NCBI GenBank assembly: GCA_047285305.1
Contig: JBJBDL010000003.1
Span: forward strand, 1,856,001 to 1,920,000
Length of the DNA stretch: 64,000 nucleotides
From: Synechococcus sp.
GTDB lineage: Bacteria; Cyanobacteriota; Cyanobacteriia; PCC-6307; Cyanobiaceae
Direction: 5' to 3'
Part shown: piece after piece, positions 62,530-64,000 of the stretch
Layout of the letters: each line of letters opens with the position of its first letter
Numbering within the stretch: the first letter of the stretch is position 1
Notes under the pieces: model-generated
The model's database searches: none
What the model saw: only the letters and a program-made list of their open reading frames with translations
What the model was told of the DNA's origin: nothing
Position numbers and translations under genes: made by a program

Positions 62530-62598
62530 GGGTTCCGCAAATCTCAGTGCGCTCCAACTTACAAGCATCCGGCCTGATCAAGGGGCTCTTCCCTGAGA

Positions 62599-63108
62599 TC
62601 AATCGGCTGCATTGATGCAGGAATCAAGCAAAGGTTGAACCGCATCGAGGTCGCGCCATCCATCAATCGATACGACGCTGCCCTGCAACGTGCGGTAAGT
62701 CCTGAAGAATTCAGCGACATCCTCCAGCTGGGATGCAGCGATCTGACGAATGCTGCGGATCTCGTCCTGACGGGGGTCTGCGTCCGGGACACAGAGAATC
62801 TTCCCGTCGTACACATCCCGGTCGTGGAGGTCCAACACACCGATGGGGCGAGCCTTAATCAGGCAACCAGCGAACGTGGGTTCGGCCATGATCACCATGG
62901 CGTCGAGAGGAGATCCATCCTCCGCCAGAGTGTTGGGGATGAAGCCGTAATCGAAGGGGTAACGCACTGAGGAGTGCATCACCCGATCAAGAACCATCAC
63001 GCCGGCTTCGGCGGAGTACTCGTACTTATTTCTACTTCCTGCCGGAATCTCAACGATGAGATTCACCAAGCCTGGCGAAGGCGACGGGGGGAGCTGATGG
63101 AGATCCAT
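62599..63108 (-). CDS. ppa: Inorganic pyrophosphatase
   Basis: EIPAGSRNKYE, YPFDYGF, DGSPLD. Confidence 0.96.
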   Translation of the reverse strand: MDLHQLPPSPSPGLVNLIVEIPAGSRNKYEYSAEAGVMVLDRVMHSSVRYPFDYGFIPNTLAEDGSPLDAMVIMAEPTFAGCLIKARPIGVLDLHDRDVYDGKILCVPDADPRQDEIRSIRQIAASQLEDVAEFFRTYRTLQGSVVSIDGWRDLDAVQPLLDSCINAAD

Positions 63109-63310
63109 GCTGATCCGAAGCGGTGGGGATCAGTCGCGGAGAAGGGAAGGTTCGATCCGTGATCACAGCCACAAGGGGAGCACTGAAACTGACAACAGCA
63201 ATCAGCAGTCCTTTGATGGCCGTCAACGAGGCGCGACGACTGAACGGCTCATCCGCCTCCGAAGACGCGATGGCGTCGTCGTGAGACGGGTGGGGAACAT
63301 CTGAGGCCAT
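63050..63310 (-). CDS. Small membrane protein
   Basis: Single TM; overlaps ppa start. Confidence 0.5.
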   Translation of the reverse strand: MASDVPHPSHDDAIASSEADEPFSRRASLTAIKGLLIAVVSFSAPLVAVITDRTFPSPRLIPTASDQHGSPSAPPVAFARLGESHR

Positions 63311-63398
63311 AAAACGGGGAGCTGGAAGAAGCTCCCTCTTTCGATAACAACGTTGTTCAACTCATTCTGTCACTGCCAAATGCAGGACGCACCGATCT

Positions 63399-63851
63399 TT
63401 AAGCAGCTGGCCGGTCCTGCTGGTCGAGTCGTGCGCTCAGATCAGAGGGTGATGCACCACTTGTCTCGAGATGGGTTCGGATCAGCCGGAGCTCCTCAAG
63501 GATCGATCCCAGGATTTGCTGCGTCGCCGTTGAAGGAGAGTTCAGCACCTCAACAGTGACTTCTTTGATACGGAGAACATCTTTGGCGAAGCGCGCCACC
63601 TCATTGGGGTGGAACATCAGCGGATCTTTCTGATCGCTGCGGTACTCCGGGTTCAGCTTGCGGGGGTTGAATGGAGGGTTGAGATTACGAGGGTCTGTGT
63701 TGGTGTAGCGATAAACCGAAGCGCGGGAGCGGTTCAGGGATTTCTGAACGTCGTCGATTCCCACCAGGGCCTCAGCTTGGGCCGGATCAATGGAAAGTTC
63801 GGTCGCTTGTTGAACGCTTGTCGCCACAGATTCAACAGAGCGAGGAAACAT
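63399..63851 (-). CDS. Conserved cyanobacterial HTH-like protein
   Basis: IDDVQKSLNRSRASVYRY, LNPEYR, FHPNEVARFA. Confidence 0.8.
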   Translation of the reverse strand: MFPRSVESVATSVQQATELSIDPAQAEALVGIDDVQKSLNRSRASVYRYTNTDPRNLNPPFNPRKLNPEYRSDQKDPLMFHPNEVARFAKDVLRIKEVTVEVLNSPSTATQQILGSILEELRLIRTHLETSGASPSDLSARLDQQDRPAA

Positions 63852-64000
63852 GAGACGGGCCTAGGACAGGCTGGATTGAGCTGGACGGTAGCAGCCGAGA
63901 CTCAGGGCGCACAGAGGAATTCCAGCAAAACAGACACTTCCGCAATCGGCATGCCTCCGAAGCGGTGATAACTTCCAAATCCCAGTTTGTTGCGATTAAT

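Noticed and set aside
63399..63851. HTH protein as a mobile-element excisionase or resolvase
   Set aside because: Core-like context, no catalytic domain and no att features nearby.

Overview
GC-rich marine picocyanobacterial chromosome, most likely Synechococcus subcluster 5.1 (inferred from gene content and order). The backbone is intact core genes: chlH, dapB, hli, apt, purS/Q, fba, accD, prk, leuB, lpxD, proB, ruvX, fur, hisA, tal, ftsI, lepB, ppa. Three accessory regions interrupt it. (1) A ~7.7 kb integrated element (6112-13838) has an exact 15-bp direct repeat TCAT-CGCAGCC-ATGA at its ends, containing the start codon of a DUF3038-like gene rather than a tRNA. It also has matching arm-like repeats at both ends, a second internal copy of its ~155-bp left end, a decayed integrase N-terminus, an orphan ParA, a cupin and a co-oriented array of small exported or membrane proteins. 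(2) A phosphate/arsenic region has a ppk2 pseudogene, arsJ-gap-arsR, a DUF938 gene and mscS. (3) A patch at 41.9-46.4 kb begins in a broken CBS gene and carries an extra ferredoxin with an NtcA-like box and a dcd pseudogene. Several dispensable genes are pseudogenised while essential neighbours are clean. I recognised no rRNA, tRNA or CRISPR array. All alignments and family calls were made by eye or from memory; no searches were run.
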